Positions 52,463-60,485 of a stretch of 64,000 nt of DNA are shown here, in pieces. Position numbers and translations under genes: made by a program. Below the pieces are notes generated by a model. The model saw nothing but the letters and a program-made list of their open reading frames with translations, had not been told where the DNA came from and made no database searches. How positions within the stretch are numbered: position 1 is the stretch's first letter; every line of letters starts with the position of its first letter. Origin of the DNA: a virus; IMG/VR virus record IMGVR_UViG_3300029520_000002; one strand, given 5' to 3'.

Positions 52463-53272
52463 ATGATGAATGGTTCAAATTACAGCCTTAGCGACATTGC
52501 AGCTGCTACAGGCTCTAATAACCGTGCCAATGATATGTGGGGCGGTGATGGCTTTTCACTTATCTGGCTCGTCCTAATCTTCGCAATCTTCGGCTGGGGA
52601 GGTTTTGGCGGCTGGGGCGGCGGCTTTGGTGGTAACGGTGGAAACGGTGCGAACGGTGCCGGCTTCCAAGGATGGGCTACCCGTTCAGATATTAATGAGG
52701 AATTCGCCCTTAATGATATTCAGAATGGTATCAGAGGTATTCAGCAGGGTATCTGTGACAGCACATATTCTCTTAACAATACCATGCAGAGTGGCTTTAA
52801 TGGTATGAATGTCGGAATGCTTCAAGGCTTTAATGGCGTTCAGCAGGCAATCAATGCTGATACTGTAGCCGGTATGCAGAATACCAACGCATTACAGTCT
52901 CAGTTAGCAAATTGTTGCTGCGAAACAAGAGAAGCAATCCAGGGCATCAATTATAACCTTGCCACTAACACTTGTGCTCTCCAGAACACAATGAACAACA
53001 ACACAAGAGATCTTCTGGAAAACCAGAACAGCAACACAAGAGCAATCCTTGACTTCCTGACTAACGATAAGATTGCAACATTACAGGCAGAGAACTCTGA
53101 TCTGAAACGTGCTGCATCCCAGGATCGCCAGTCTGCATTGCTTACAACAGAGATGTACGCACAGGCTCAGAGATTAATCAATGCAATCAACCCGGCTCCG
53201 ATTCCTGCATTCCAGGTTCCAGCTCCATATGCATACGCAGGATGTAATACATATGGTAACGGTTGTTGCTAA
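52463..53272 (+). CDS. Gly/Trp-rich membrane-anchored protein with Asn/Gln-rich coiled region and Cys-rich C-terminus
   Basis: FSLIWLVLIFAIFGWGGFGGWGGGFGGNGGNGANGAGFQGW...CCCETREAIQ...GCNTYGNGCC. Confidence 0.6.
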   Translation: MMNGSNYSLSDIAAATGSNNRANDMWGGDGFSLIWLVLIFAIFGWGGFGGWGGGFGGNGGNGANGAGFQGWATRSDINEEFALNDIQNGIRGIQQGICDSTYSLNNTMQSGFNGMNVGMLQGFNGVQQAINADTVAGMQNTNALQSQLANCCCETREAIQGINYNLATNTCALQNTMNNNTRDLLENQNSNTRAILDFLTNDKIATLQAENSDLKRAASQDRQSALLTTEMYAQAQRLINAINPAPIPAFQVPAPYAYAGCNTYGNGCC

Positions 53273-53302
53273 GTAACTCACCCTTAGAGGTTGACTAAAT
53301 TC

Positions 53303-53334
53303 TAAGAGGTGGGTTGCGGCTCACCTCTTATTTT
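53303..53334 (+). terminator. intrinsic terminator
   Basis: TAAGAGGTG pairs with CACCTCTTA, followed by T4. Confidence 0.6.
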
Positions 53335-53351
53335 GATTGAGAGGTAGAAAT

Positions 53352-53777
53352 ATGAGTTGTAAAAATGTTTGTAAGCTCTGCAACCGTCTTGTAATAAGCC
53401 AAGCTGTTGCGTTTACAGGAGGTAATCTTGTAATCACGCTCCCAGAAGGCAGTTACAACAATGGAGAGAAATATTGTATTGTTGTTGCACAAAGTATACC
53501 AGAAGCCACTACAATTACTGCTCCGGTAATGATTCAGATAGGAACAGGAACAACTTTGTATCCGCTAGAAAATCGTTGCTGTGCACAGATTACGGCTTGT
53601 GGAATAAGAACCAGAACGAAGTACGCAACCAGAGTAGCTACAAGTGCAACTGGCGGAGTATTCAAGATGTTAGGAAATCCGGCTTGTAGTCCGAGCAACA
53701 ATTTGAAAGCAATTAATGGTACAGCCCCAACGACAGAAGCACCTGTTACGCAGGCTGTTAGAAAGGGGGCACTGTAA
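53352..53777 (+). CDS. Cys-rich protein of unknown function
   Basis: MSCKNVCKLCNRLVISQAVAF...ENRCCAQITACG.... ATG after GAGAGGT. Confidence 0.55.
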   Translation: MSCKNVCKLCNRLVISQAVAFTGGNLVITLPEGSYNNGEKYCIVVAQSIPEATTITAPVMIQIGTGTTLYPLENRCCAQITACGIRTRTKYATRVATSATGGVFKMLGNPACSPSNNLKAINGTAPTTEAPVTQAVRKGAL

Positions 53778-54409
53778 TGCATAAAGTTGCAATGGAAATG
53801 GGAAAATGGGCTATGGAAAAAGCCAAAACACATGGCTTTGATAATCTTAGTGCTCAAGACTGGGACGATTTGAAAGACTGCATGGAAGCAGTAAAATGTG
53901 CGATTTGCGCTGATAAAGATTATCGTATTGTGGAAGCTATGGATGAATGCGAACAGGAAGAAAAGTATCTTGGACGCATGGGATATGACCGTTACCGCTA
54001 TTCAAATGGGCGTTTCGCTCCAAAAGGTAGGGGAACCAGAAAAGGCTATAGACCGTATCTGTATATGCAGGATGATGACTGGATGGATGAGTATTTAAAC
54101 AATCCAGAATTTGAGCGCAATATGTACCGCATGGGATATCATCCAGATCGTAGTGATATGGAAAATGATGGTATGAATATGAATTGGAAGAAATCCAGAT
54201 ATGGCGAATCCTATGATAAATACGATGAGAATCGTAGACACTATCATGATTCTAAGGATACTGAATCCAAGAGAAAAATGGATGATTCCATGAAAGAATA
54301 CACATCAGATATTATTCGTAACCTCACGGAAATGTGGTCTGATGCAGATGCAACCCTCAGACAGTCAATGAAAGCTGATCTGACCAGACTTGTACAGCAG
54401 ATGAACTAG
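53777..54409 (+). CDS. low-complexity Asp/Arg/Tyr/Met-rich protein
   Basis: 210 aa. ...RMGYDRYRYSNGRFAPKGRGTRKGYRPYLYMQDDDWMDEY.... Confidence 0.55.
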   Translation: MHKVAMEMGKWAMEKAKTHGFDNLSAQDWDDLKDCMEAVKCAICADKDYRIVEAMDECEQEEKYLGRMGYDRYRYSNGRFAPKGRGTRKGYRPYLYMQDDDWMDEYLNNPEFERNMYRMGYHPDRSDMENDGMNMNWKKSRYGESYDKYDENRRHYHDSKDTESKRKMDDSMKEYTSDIIRNLTEMWSDADATLRQSMKADLTRLVQQMN

Positions 54410-54428
54410 AGCAATAAATGAATTAAGT

Positions 54429-54462
54429 CCTTGTCGCAAATTAATGCGGCAGGGGCTTTTTT
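54429..54462 (+). terminator. intrinsic terminator
   Basis: CCTTGTCGC pairs with GCGGCAGGG (includes G-U pairs), followed by T6. Confidence 0.55.
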
Positions 54463-54485
54463 CGTAGAAAGGATGGTAAGAAACC

Positions 54486-54872
54486 ATGCTGAAACAATTC
54501 TATATGAACGGGTACTTATGGAGAGTTCGCTTTGTTTCTTCCCATGATAATGTTTTGATTGACCGCACAGGAAAACGCACACTTGCTGTATCTGATTACT
54601 CTACAATGATAATTTCGATTGCAAGCAACTTGCATGGAGAACTTCTGAACCGTGTATTTATTCATGAGTTAGGGCATTGTGTGATGTTCAGCTATGGTCT
54701 ATTACCAGAACTTCATCGTATGGTTAAGAAACGGTATTGGGTGGATGCAGAGGAATTTGTATGCAATATTCTGGCAGACTATGGACAGTTTGTTATTGGC
54801 ACAGCCAGAGATATTTTAGGAAACCAGTTCACATATGTAGCTCCCATTGGGGCAGAAAGGATGATTGCGTAA
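54486..54872 (+). CDS. putative zinc metallopeptidase (HExxH)
   Basis: VFIHELGHCVMF motif. 128 aa. Confidence 0.55.
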   Translation: MLKQFYMNGYLWRVRFVSSHDNVLIDRTGKRTLAVSDYSTMIISIASNLHGELLNRVFIHELGHCVMFSYGLLPELHRMVKKRYWVDAEEFVCNILADYGQFVIGTARDILGNQFTYVAPIGAERMIA

Positions 54873-55115
54873 ATGGCAAAAGCAGAAAACACAATTATTT
54901 TTGATGGCATTCAGTATAATCCAGGTGATGAATTGCCGGATTTAGGCAGTTGGGTATGTACAGATGCAAAAGGTATGGTTCGTGATTACGAGGGGCTTTC
55001 AAAAGATGTATCAAAGCTCCCACATTATGTACAGAGCGGTTCTTCGGCGTTGTGCCTTGATACCTCTGAATTATACGAGTATCACAAACCTACAGACACA
55101 TGGTACAGGTTGTAA
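54873..55115 (+). CDS. hypothetical protein
   Basis: 80 aa, abuts the upstream stop. Confidence 0.5.
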   Translation: MAKAENTIIFDGIQYNPGDELPDLGSWVCTDAKGMVRDYEGLSKDVSKLPHYVQSGSSALCLDTSELYEYHKPTDTWYRL

Positions 55116-55126
55116 AGGAGAAGCGT

Positions 55127-56806
55127 ATGGCATTAACAGCAAAGAAAGTATATGCAATATTAAAACGCCAGATTTCCGATATGGAATCACAACTGAATCA
55201 TCCAGTTAGATATAAAGGAACAGTCGCTACAGCAGATTTACTCCCACTAAATCCAGCCATTGGAGACATGTACAATATCGAATCCAAATCCATCTATGGC
55301 GGAGCAGGAATGAATGTGGCATGGAACGGCGTAGTTTGGGACACTATGGGCGCTCCAATTGATATGTCACTGTATCTCACAAAAGAAGAATCAGAGACGG
55401 TAATACAAAGATTAGTTACGGAATATTTTGAAAAGAATCCAGTCAAGCCTGGAGCCACGACAGAACAGGCACAGCAGATCGAGCAGAACAAGACAGACAT
55501 TGCTTCACTGAAAACGGAAACTGGTTCACTAAAGGAAGACATGATATCTAAAGCCGATAAAACATCCCTTGTTAAAACTGACAGAAAACTCGATGCACTC
55601 TGGAAACTTAATCAGGGTATCAGCTATGAATTTCAGACAGATGATGCGGAAGCTTATCAGAAAACGGTTCCAAGTGGTGCGAAAGTAGCAAGCATTAAAA
55701 GTATCGGAGGTAAGACAATTGTTTGGAATCAGTTGAATTTAAATAGCGGGAAATCTATTACGAAAAATGGTATTTCTTTTATAAACAATAAGGATGGTTC
55801 GTGGACAATAAATGGAACTTGCAGTGCATCTAACGATTATGGAATTGATACAATCGTATATTTATTTGCAAAAAAATATGTATCAGGTCATAAATATTTA
55901 GTTAAAGCCGATAAATATTCTGATGGAAATTATGGTTTTGCAATTAACAGCGGTTCTTCCCCACTAAAAAAAGCAGTAATTTATAATTACGCTTTTAATC
56001 CAATAATATTTGCAAAAGACAAAGTAACCGTGGATAATGTTACGATGCGAATGAATATTTTTGATCTCACACAAATGTTTGGTACTGGCAACGAACCATC
56101 CACCCAAGAGGAATTTGAAGCTATGTTTCCAGCAGACTATTATCCGTATAATGCAGGAGAGTTGATGAGCGCTTCTGTGAATGAAATTACATATTCAGAT
56201 ACCAAAACTCAAGAAACACATTACTCTATTTCACAAGCCATTCTTAATCTTCCTGGTTACGGTTGGTCAGCTGGGGATGTGAGAAATGAAGTGAATTGGG
56301 AGAATAAGCAGTATATCCAGAGAGTTGACAAAGTGGATTTGGGGACGTTGAATTGGATGGAGTCTGGTGACGCTCAGCGTGATGGCAATGCAACATATAA
56401 AAGCGGCAGCCTTAACACAGTCATAAGAAGATATAGCACATACAGTGGAAATTCAATATGTGAGAAATTTAATATCGTAAAAGTAAACGATATTAATAGA
56501 AATGAATACGAATATAGTATAGGTAATAGTGAAATGGCATACCCGCTTCAGTTCACGGTGAAATCAACATTTTGTACCGATGAAAACGATTTCAAAAACA
56601 AGATCAATGGAATCATGCTCTGCTATGAACTTGCCGAACCAATTGTTTCTGACATCTCGGATATCATAGGCAATACATTCCAAGAACCTCTTGAAGTTGA
56701 AGTAGGCGGTACACTGACGTTCAAAAACAGCAACGGTAATGATTACAGAATTCCTGTACCAAGTTCTGAGGAATATGTAATATCTTTAGCGGAGGTGGCA
56801 AAATGA
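55127..56806 (+). CDS. fibre-like structural protein
   Basis: The N-terminus YKGTVATADLLPLNPAIGDMYNIES...MNVAWNGVVWD resembles the conserved N-module of Gram-positive phage fibre/hyaluronidase proteins. A coiled coil and a large C-terminal domain follow. Confidence 0.55.
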   Translation: MALTAKKVYAILKRQISDMESQLNHPVRYKGTVATADLLPLNPAIGDMYNIESKSIYGGAGMNVAWNGVVWDTMGAPIDMSLYLTKEESETVIQRLVTEYFEKNPVKPGATTEQAQQIEQNKTDIASLKTETGSLKEDMISKADKTSLVKTDRKLDALWKLNQGISYEFQTDDAEAYQKTVPSGAKVASIKSIGGKTIVWNQLNLNSGKSITKNGISFINNKDGSWTINGTCSASNDYGIDTIVYLFAKKYVSGHKYLVKADKYSDGNYGFAINSGSSPLKKAVIYNYAFNPIIFAKDKVTVDNVTMRMNIFDLTQMFGTGNEPSTQEEFEAMFPADYYPYNAGELMSASVNEITYSDTKTQETHYSISQAILNLPGYGWSAGDVRNEVNWENKQYIQRVDKVDLGTLNWMESGDAQRDGNATYKSGSLNTVIRRYSTYSGNSICEKFNIVKVNDINRNEYEYSIGNSEMAYPLQFTVKSTFCTDENDFKNKINGIMLCYELAEPIVSDISDIIGNTFQEPLEVEVGGTLTFKNSNGNDYRIPVPSSEEYVISLAEVAK

Positions 56807-56955
56807 CTGAAATGCAGAAGAAAATGATTGAGAAACTTGGTCTGGTTGAATCAGACTTTGAGAAAAAAGAAACGGTGGTAAGCAATGAAGAACGTATCAA
56901 TGACCTTGAGATTGCTGTCTGCGAACTGCTTGAAACACTTGGAAATGCTGAATAA
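56803..56955 (+). CDS. small helical protein (50 aa)
   Basis: ATGA overlap with the fibre gene. SD GGAGGTGG. Confidence 0.4.
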   Translation: MTEMQKKMIEKLGLVESDFEKKETVVSNEERINDLEIAVCELLETLGNAE

Positions 56956-56971
56956 GAAAAGGAGAAATAAA

Positions 56972-57148
56972 ATGATGGCAAAAGTATTTTTTAACAGATT
57001 GATTGTAGGAACTATTACATATGATGCAATTCCTGAGAAATATCAGGATAAAGTAAGAGAATATGGTATTGAGTATGTGAAAAAAGGAAAACTTCCTGTG
57101 GAAGAATATGAAATGCTGTATAAAGAGGAATATCCAGATGGTAAGTAA
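56972..57148 (+). CDS. small XkdX-like protein
   Basis: 58 aa with SD AAAGGAGAAA. Its position after the fibre gene resembles fibre-XkdX arrangements. Confidence 0.35.
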   Translation: MMAKVFFNRLIVGTITYDAIPEKYQDKVREYGIEYVKKGKLPVEEYEMLYKEEYPDGK

Positions 57149-57198
57149 TTAACTAAAAGAAGTTTTAGTTAATCAATCAAATTTAAGAAGGAGGAAAT

Positions 57199-57591
57199 AT
57201 GAGAGGATTAGTCCGTCAAAAGCAAAAGGTATACTGGTCACGAATATCCGAAAAGACAGAAGGATTAGACCGAATTAAGGTTTATGAGAAACCAGCTTTG
57301 TACTCTTTTTCCGTATCATCTACAGCCGGAACACCGGAAGAAATCGCAGCCGGAATAGTGCCAGATTATGACAGATACATTACAAGCTTTAATCGAAATT
57401 TTCACCCACAGGAAGCAGATATATTTTGGATAGACAGAATCCCACAAATAAGCGAAGATGGAAGCCTTATTTTGGACGAAAATGGAGAACCTACAGTATT
57501 GCCAGATTATGTACTAAAGAAGATTTTAGATACAAAAAAAGGCAATATTGCCAGATATGGAATTTCTAAGAGAGGAAACGAGGATGGGTAA
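57199..57591 (+). CDS. head-tail joining/morphogenesis protein candidate
   Basis: 130 aa with SD GAAGGAGGAAA. Assigned by position. Confidence 0.45.
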   Translation: MRGLVRQKQKVYWSRISEKTEGLDRIKVYEKPALYSFSVSSTAGTPEEIAAGIVPDYDRYITSFNRNFHPQEADIFWIDRIPQISEDGSLILDENGEPTVLPDYVLKKILDTKKGNIARYGISKRGNEDG

Positions 57592-58102
57592 GACAATAAA
57601 ATGCGACTTATCAACGAAATCTATTCAAAATGCCATCAAAAAATTAAAAGCTTACCAAAATGAACTACAGAGGAAAAATGAGATTTTTGTAAAACGATTG
57701 TCTGAAATCGGGTTGGATGTTATTCAAACGACCATGGAGTCAATCCCGGATGAAGAAAAAGGCTCTTACTATACAGAAATCATTAATGATCAAAACGGAA
57801 ATATCGTCGGGGCTTCTGTTAGACTATCTGGTGAAAAAGTGTTGTTCATTGAATTTTCAGCAGGAATAACATACGGTATAAATGATTATCCTTTATCTAG
57901 TGGAAATTCTTACGGAATGGGAACATATCCTTCCAAAAAAGAAAAATCAGACTGGGACAATCCAAACGGCTGGTGGTACACAGACGAAAGCGGACGACCG
58001 CACCATTCATATGGAAATAGAGCGTATATGCCTATGTATCACGCAGAACAGGCCGTTATTATTGCTGTTCGTAAAATTGCCAAAGAGGTGTTCTCTTCTT
58101 GA
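57584..58102 (+). CDS. head-tail joining/morphogenesis protein candidate
   Basis: ATG after GAGGAAACGAGG. 172 aa. Confidence 0.45.
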   Translation: MGKTIKCDLSTKSIQNAIKKLKAYQNELQRKNEIFVKRLSEIGLDVIQTTMESIPDEEKGSYYTEIINDQNGNIVGASVRLSGEKVLFIEFSAGITYGINDYPLSSGNSYGMGTYPSKKEKSDWDNPNGWWYTDESGRPHHSYGNRAYMPMYHAEQAVIIAVRKIAKEVFSS

Positions 58103-58125
58103 AGATGATACCGAAGTATACTGAA
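58103..58125 (+). repeat. 23-bp exact repeat, copy 2 (AGATGATACCGAAGTATACTGAA)
   Basis: Identical to 46493-46515. Starts right after the stop of the preceding gene. Confidence 0.9.
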
Positions 58126-58228
58126 TGATACCAACCAATTATGTTATGATTACAGTGTTAAATTGTAGCAAGATATGCAATGCGTTCACTATGAAAGTGG
58201 GCGCATTTTTTATTGTGAGGTGACAGAT

Positions 58229-58630
58229 ATGCCAGACACAATAGAATCTCCTGTATTGGAAGTTTTTTCAAGATGGGGAGCGGCTGTTTCTAAGATTACT
58301 GGCGCAGACAATTATTCCATGGACGGAAGCGAAACAAATGCTTCTGGCAAAAAGGCATATGCACAGCTTTATATGCTTGGAAATCCAATTACGAGAGGTG
58401 ACCTTGAAGGGGATGAATGCGCAACAATGCCATCGTTTCAAGTAAATTGCTTCACCTCTGGGAGTAAAGCATTAACCAGATTGTATGAATTGGACAAGAT
58501 AAGTCACAAAGCTATGGTGAGCATGGGATTCCGCCGCACATACGGGCCGGAACCCATGTTTTTTGGTGACAGTGGAATTAAAAAGCTTGTGAGCCGATAC
58601 AGCCGAATATATACAGGAAAATTACTTTAA
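58229..58630 (+). CDS. tail-completion/morphogenesis protein candidate
   Basis: ATG after GTGAGGTGA. 133 aa. Confidence 0.45.
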   Translation: MPDTIESPVLEVFSRWGAAVSKITGADNYSMDGSETNASGKKAYAQLYMLGNPITRGDLEGDECATMPSFQVNCFTSGSKALTRLYELDKISHKAMVSMGFRRTYGPEPMFFGDSGIKKLVSRYSRIYTGKLL

Positions 58631-58688
58631 ACCCAATGAACGCATAGACGTTCTTTTTTTATGCCTAAAACGAAAGCGAGGTGAGATT

Positions 58689-58982
58689 ATGGATCAGATT
58701 TTAAGCTATGTAAAGCCGGAATTACTTGTTGTCGTTGTATTTCTTTATTTCATCGGAGCAATGATTAAAAAATCAGAGAGTATTTCTGACAAATTTATTC
58801 CGATGATCTTAGGGATTCTCGGCGTGTTAATTTGCGGTCTTTATGTTTTTGCAACATCTAAAGTTTCCGGTTCACAGGAAGCTGCAATGGCACTGTTTAC
58901 CGCAATTACACAAGGCGTTATCGTTGCCGGATTAAGTAATTATGTAAATCAAATTATTAAGCAAGCAGGAAAAGAAGAGTAG
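58689..58982 (+). CDS. holin-like membrane protein
   Basis: MDQILSYVKPELLVVVVFLYFIGAMIKKSESISDKFIPMILGILGVLICG...GVIVAGLSNYVNQIIKQ resembles a Firmicutes phage holin family as I recall it. Three TM helices. Confidence 0.5.
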   Translation: MDQILSYVKPELLVVVVFLYFIGAMIKKSESISDKFIPMILGILGVLICGLYVFATSKVSGSQEAAMALFTAITQGVIVAGLSNYVNQIIKQAGKEE

Positions 58983-59057
58983 GAAGGCGGTGATCCGCTA
59001 TCTCCCGGCACAGGGTTACGTGCATAAAGCTTAAATTAAAGAAAGGAGCCTATTAAA

Positions 59058-59588
59058 ATGGCAGATTTAACAACACTTGGCGTAACTTTTCATTACGGTG
59101 TTGAAACCGTTAAAGGAACGAAGCCAACTGCATTCACCTGGTTAAAAAGATGTAGTTCTATTGGTGGAATTTCTCTTGATACAGAACAGATTGACGTATC
59201 CGCACTAGAAGACTTCATTACACAGTACGCATCTGGTAGACAGGATACTGGTGGTACTTGGGATGTAACCTTCAATCTTAACGCTGATGTTATCACAGCA
59301 TTAAAGAAGCTTATGACTGATACGGCAACAGGAAAGACAAAAGGATTTAGAGTTTGGTTTGAAGTTGTATTTCCAGACCTCGAAGATGCATTCTTTGTTA
59401 TCGCAGACCCTGGAAAAAATATTCCACTGTCTGACATTGGGCAGAATGAAGCAGCAACAATTCCGCTGTCTCTCATTATTCAGGAATACAAAGGTCTTGA
59501 TACAAAAGTTGTTTCCGAAGAGCTTGCACAGGCTTTAGACACCGCAAAAGCAGTAGCAGATTCCACAGGCGCAATGGCACTCAGCTAA
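59058..59588 (+). CDS. major tail protein
   Basis: 176 aa, immediately upstream of the chaperone and tape-measure genes. SD AAAGGAG. Confidence 0.6.
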   Translation: MADLTTLGVTFHYGVETVKGTKPTAFTWLKRCSSIGGISLDTEQIDVSALEDFITQYASGRQDTGGTWDVTFNLNADVITALKKLMTDTATGKTKGFRVWFEVVFPDLEDAFFVIADPGKNIPLSDIGQNEAATIPLSLIIQEYKGLDTKVVSEELAQALDTAKAVADSTGAMALS

Positions 59589-59612
59589 TAAATATATCGG
59601 GAGGATTATAAA

Positions 59613-60041
59613 ATGGTAACTTTTAATGTACATGGAAAAGAATATAAGGTTGTATTTGGATATGGACTTCTTACAAAAACAGATGTGCTGGACAAGGTAC
59701 AGGGGATTACAGATGGAAAAGAGAGAAGCCTTCAGAAGATGATTTCTCTTCTCCCGGAACTGCTTCTTGCCGGACTTCAAAAGAAGCACAAGGAAGAGTT
59801 TGGGTATGAAAGTGATTCTGAAAAAGAAGCTGCTCTTGATAAAGTCTGTGACCTTTTGGATGATTACGAAGATGAAGGAACTGAGGAAAATCCAAAAAGC
59901 GGATTTGATTTATACCAACTTCTCGACAAAGAATTGGAGAAAAATGGTTTTTTATCCGGTCTACTGAATGCAGTAGCAAAAGCACAGGCATCGGAGAAAA
60001 ATGCAACGAAGATTCCACAGGATCACAAAAAGAAAAATTAA
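59613..60041 (+). CDS. tail assembly chaperone (G-like)
   Basis: 142 aa, acidic. Lies before the tape measure. Confidence 0.65.
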   Translation: MVTFNVHGKEYKVVFGYGLLTKTDVLDKVQGITDGKERSLQKMISLLPELLLAGLQKKHKEEFGYESDSEKEAALDKVCDLLDDYEDEGTEENPKSGFDLYQLLDKELEKNGFLSGLLNAVAKAQASEKNATKIPQDHKKKN

Positions 60042-60439
60042 CTTTTCGAGAAGTTGTTTACCAAGAGATTCTTCCTTTATACCTCTCTATTGGTGTATCT
60101 AAAGAAGAATTTATGGATTCTACTCCAGCAGAGTTAAAACCTTATCTCGAAGCTGAAAAGATACGCCAAAAGAGAAAAGACGCTGAACTTTGGCAAGCTG
60201 GCATTTACGAAACATCAGCCACATTCACAGCTGTTGCAAATGCTTTAATGGGGAAAAAATCCAAAGCAGAGTATTTGAAAAAACCTTTACTGGAATCAGC
60301 AGAGGAAGAAAAGCGTAAACAGGAAGGCATACTTTCCGAAGAAGAAAAGAAAAAACAGAGAAACGCACTTTTGGCAAGCTTGCAACTCATGCAGGCAAAC
60401 TTTGAACTTAACCATGAAAAGGGCAGGCAGGATGAATAA
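60032..60439 (+). other. -1-frame extension of the tail chaperone (GT-like product)
   Basis: The -1 frame is open from 59909 to 60439. A shift near C AAA AAG (60026-60032) would give ...IPQDHKK-EKLTFREVVYQEILPLYLSIGVSKEEFMDSTPAELKPYLEAEK.... Confidence 0.55.
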
Positions 60440-60485
60440 GTCTTGTCTGCCCTTTATTTTTTTGTAAAAAAGGAGGGAGATAAAA

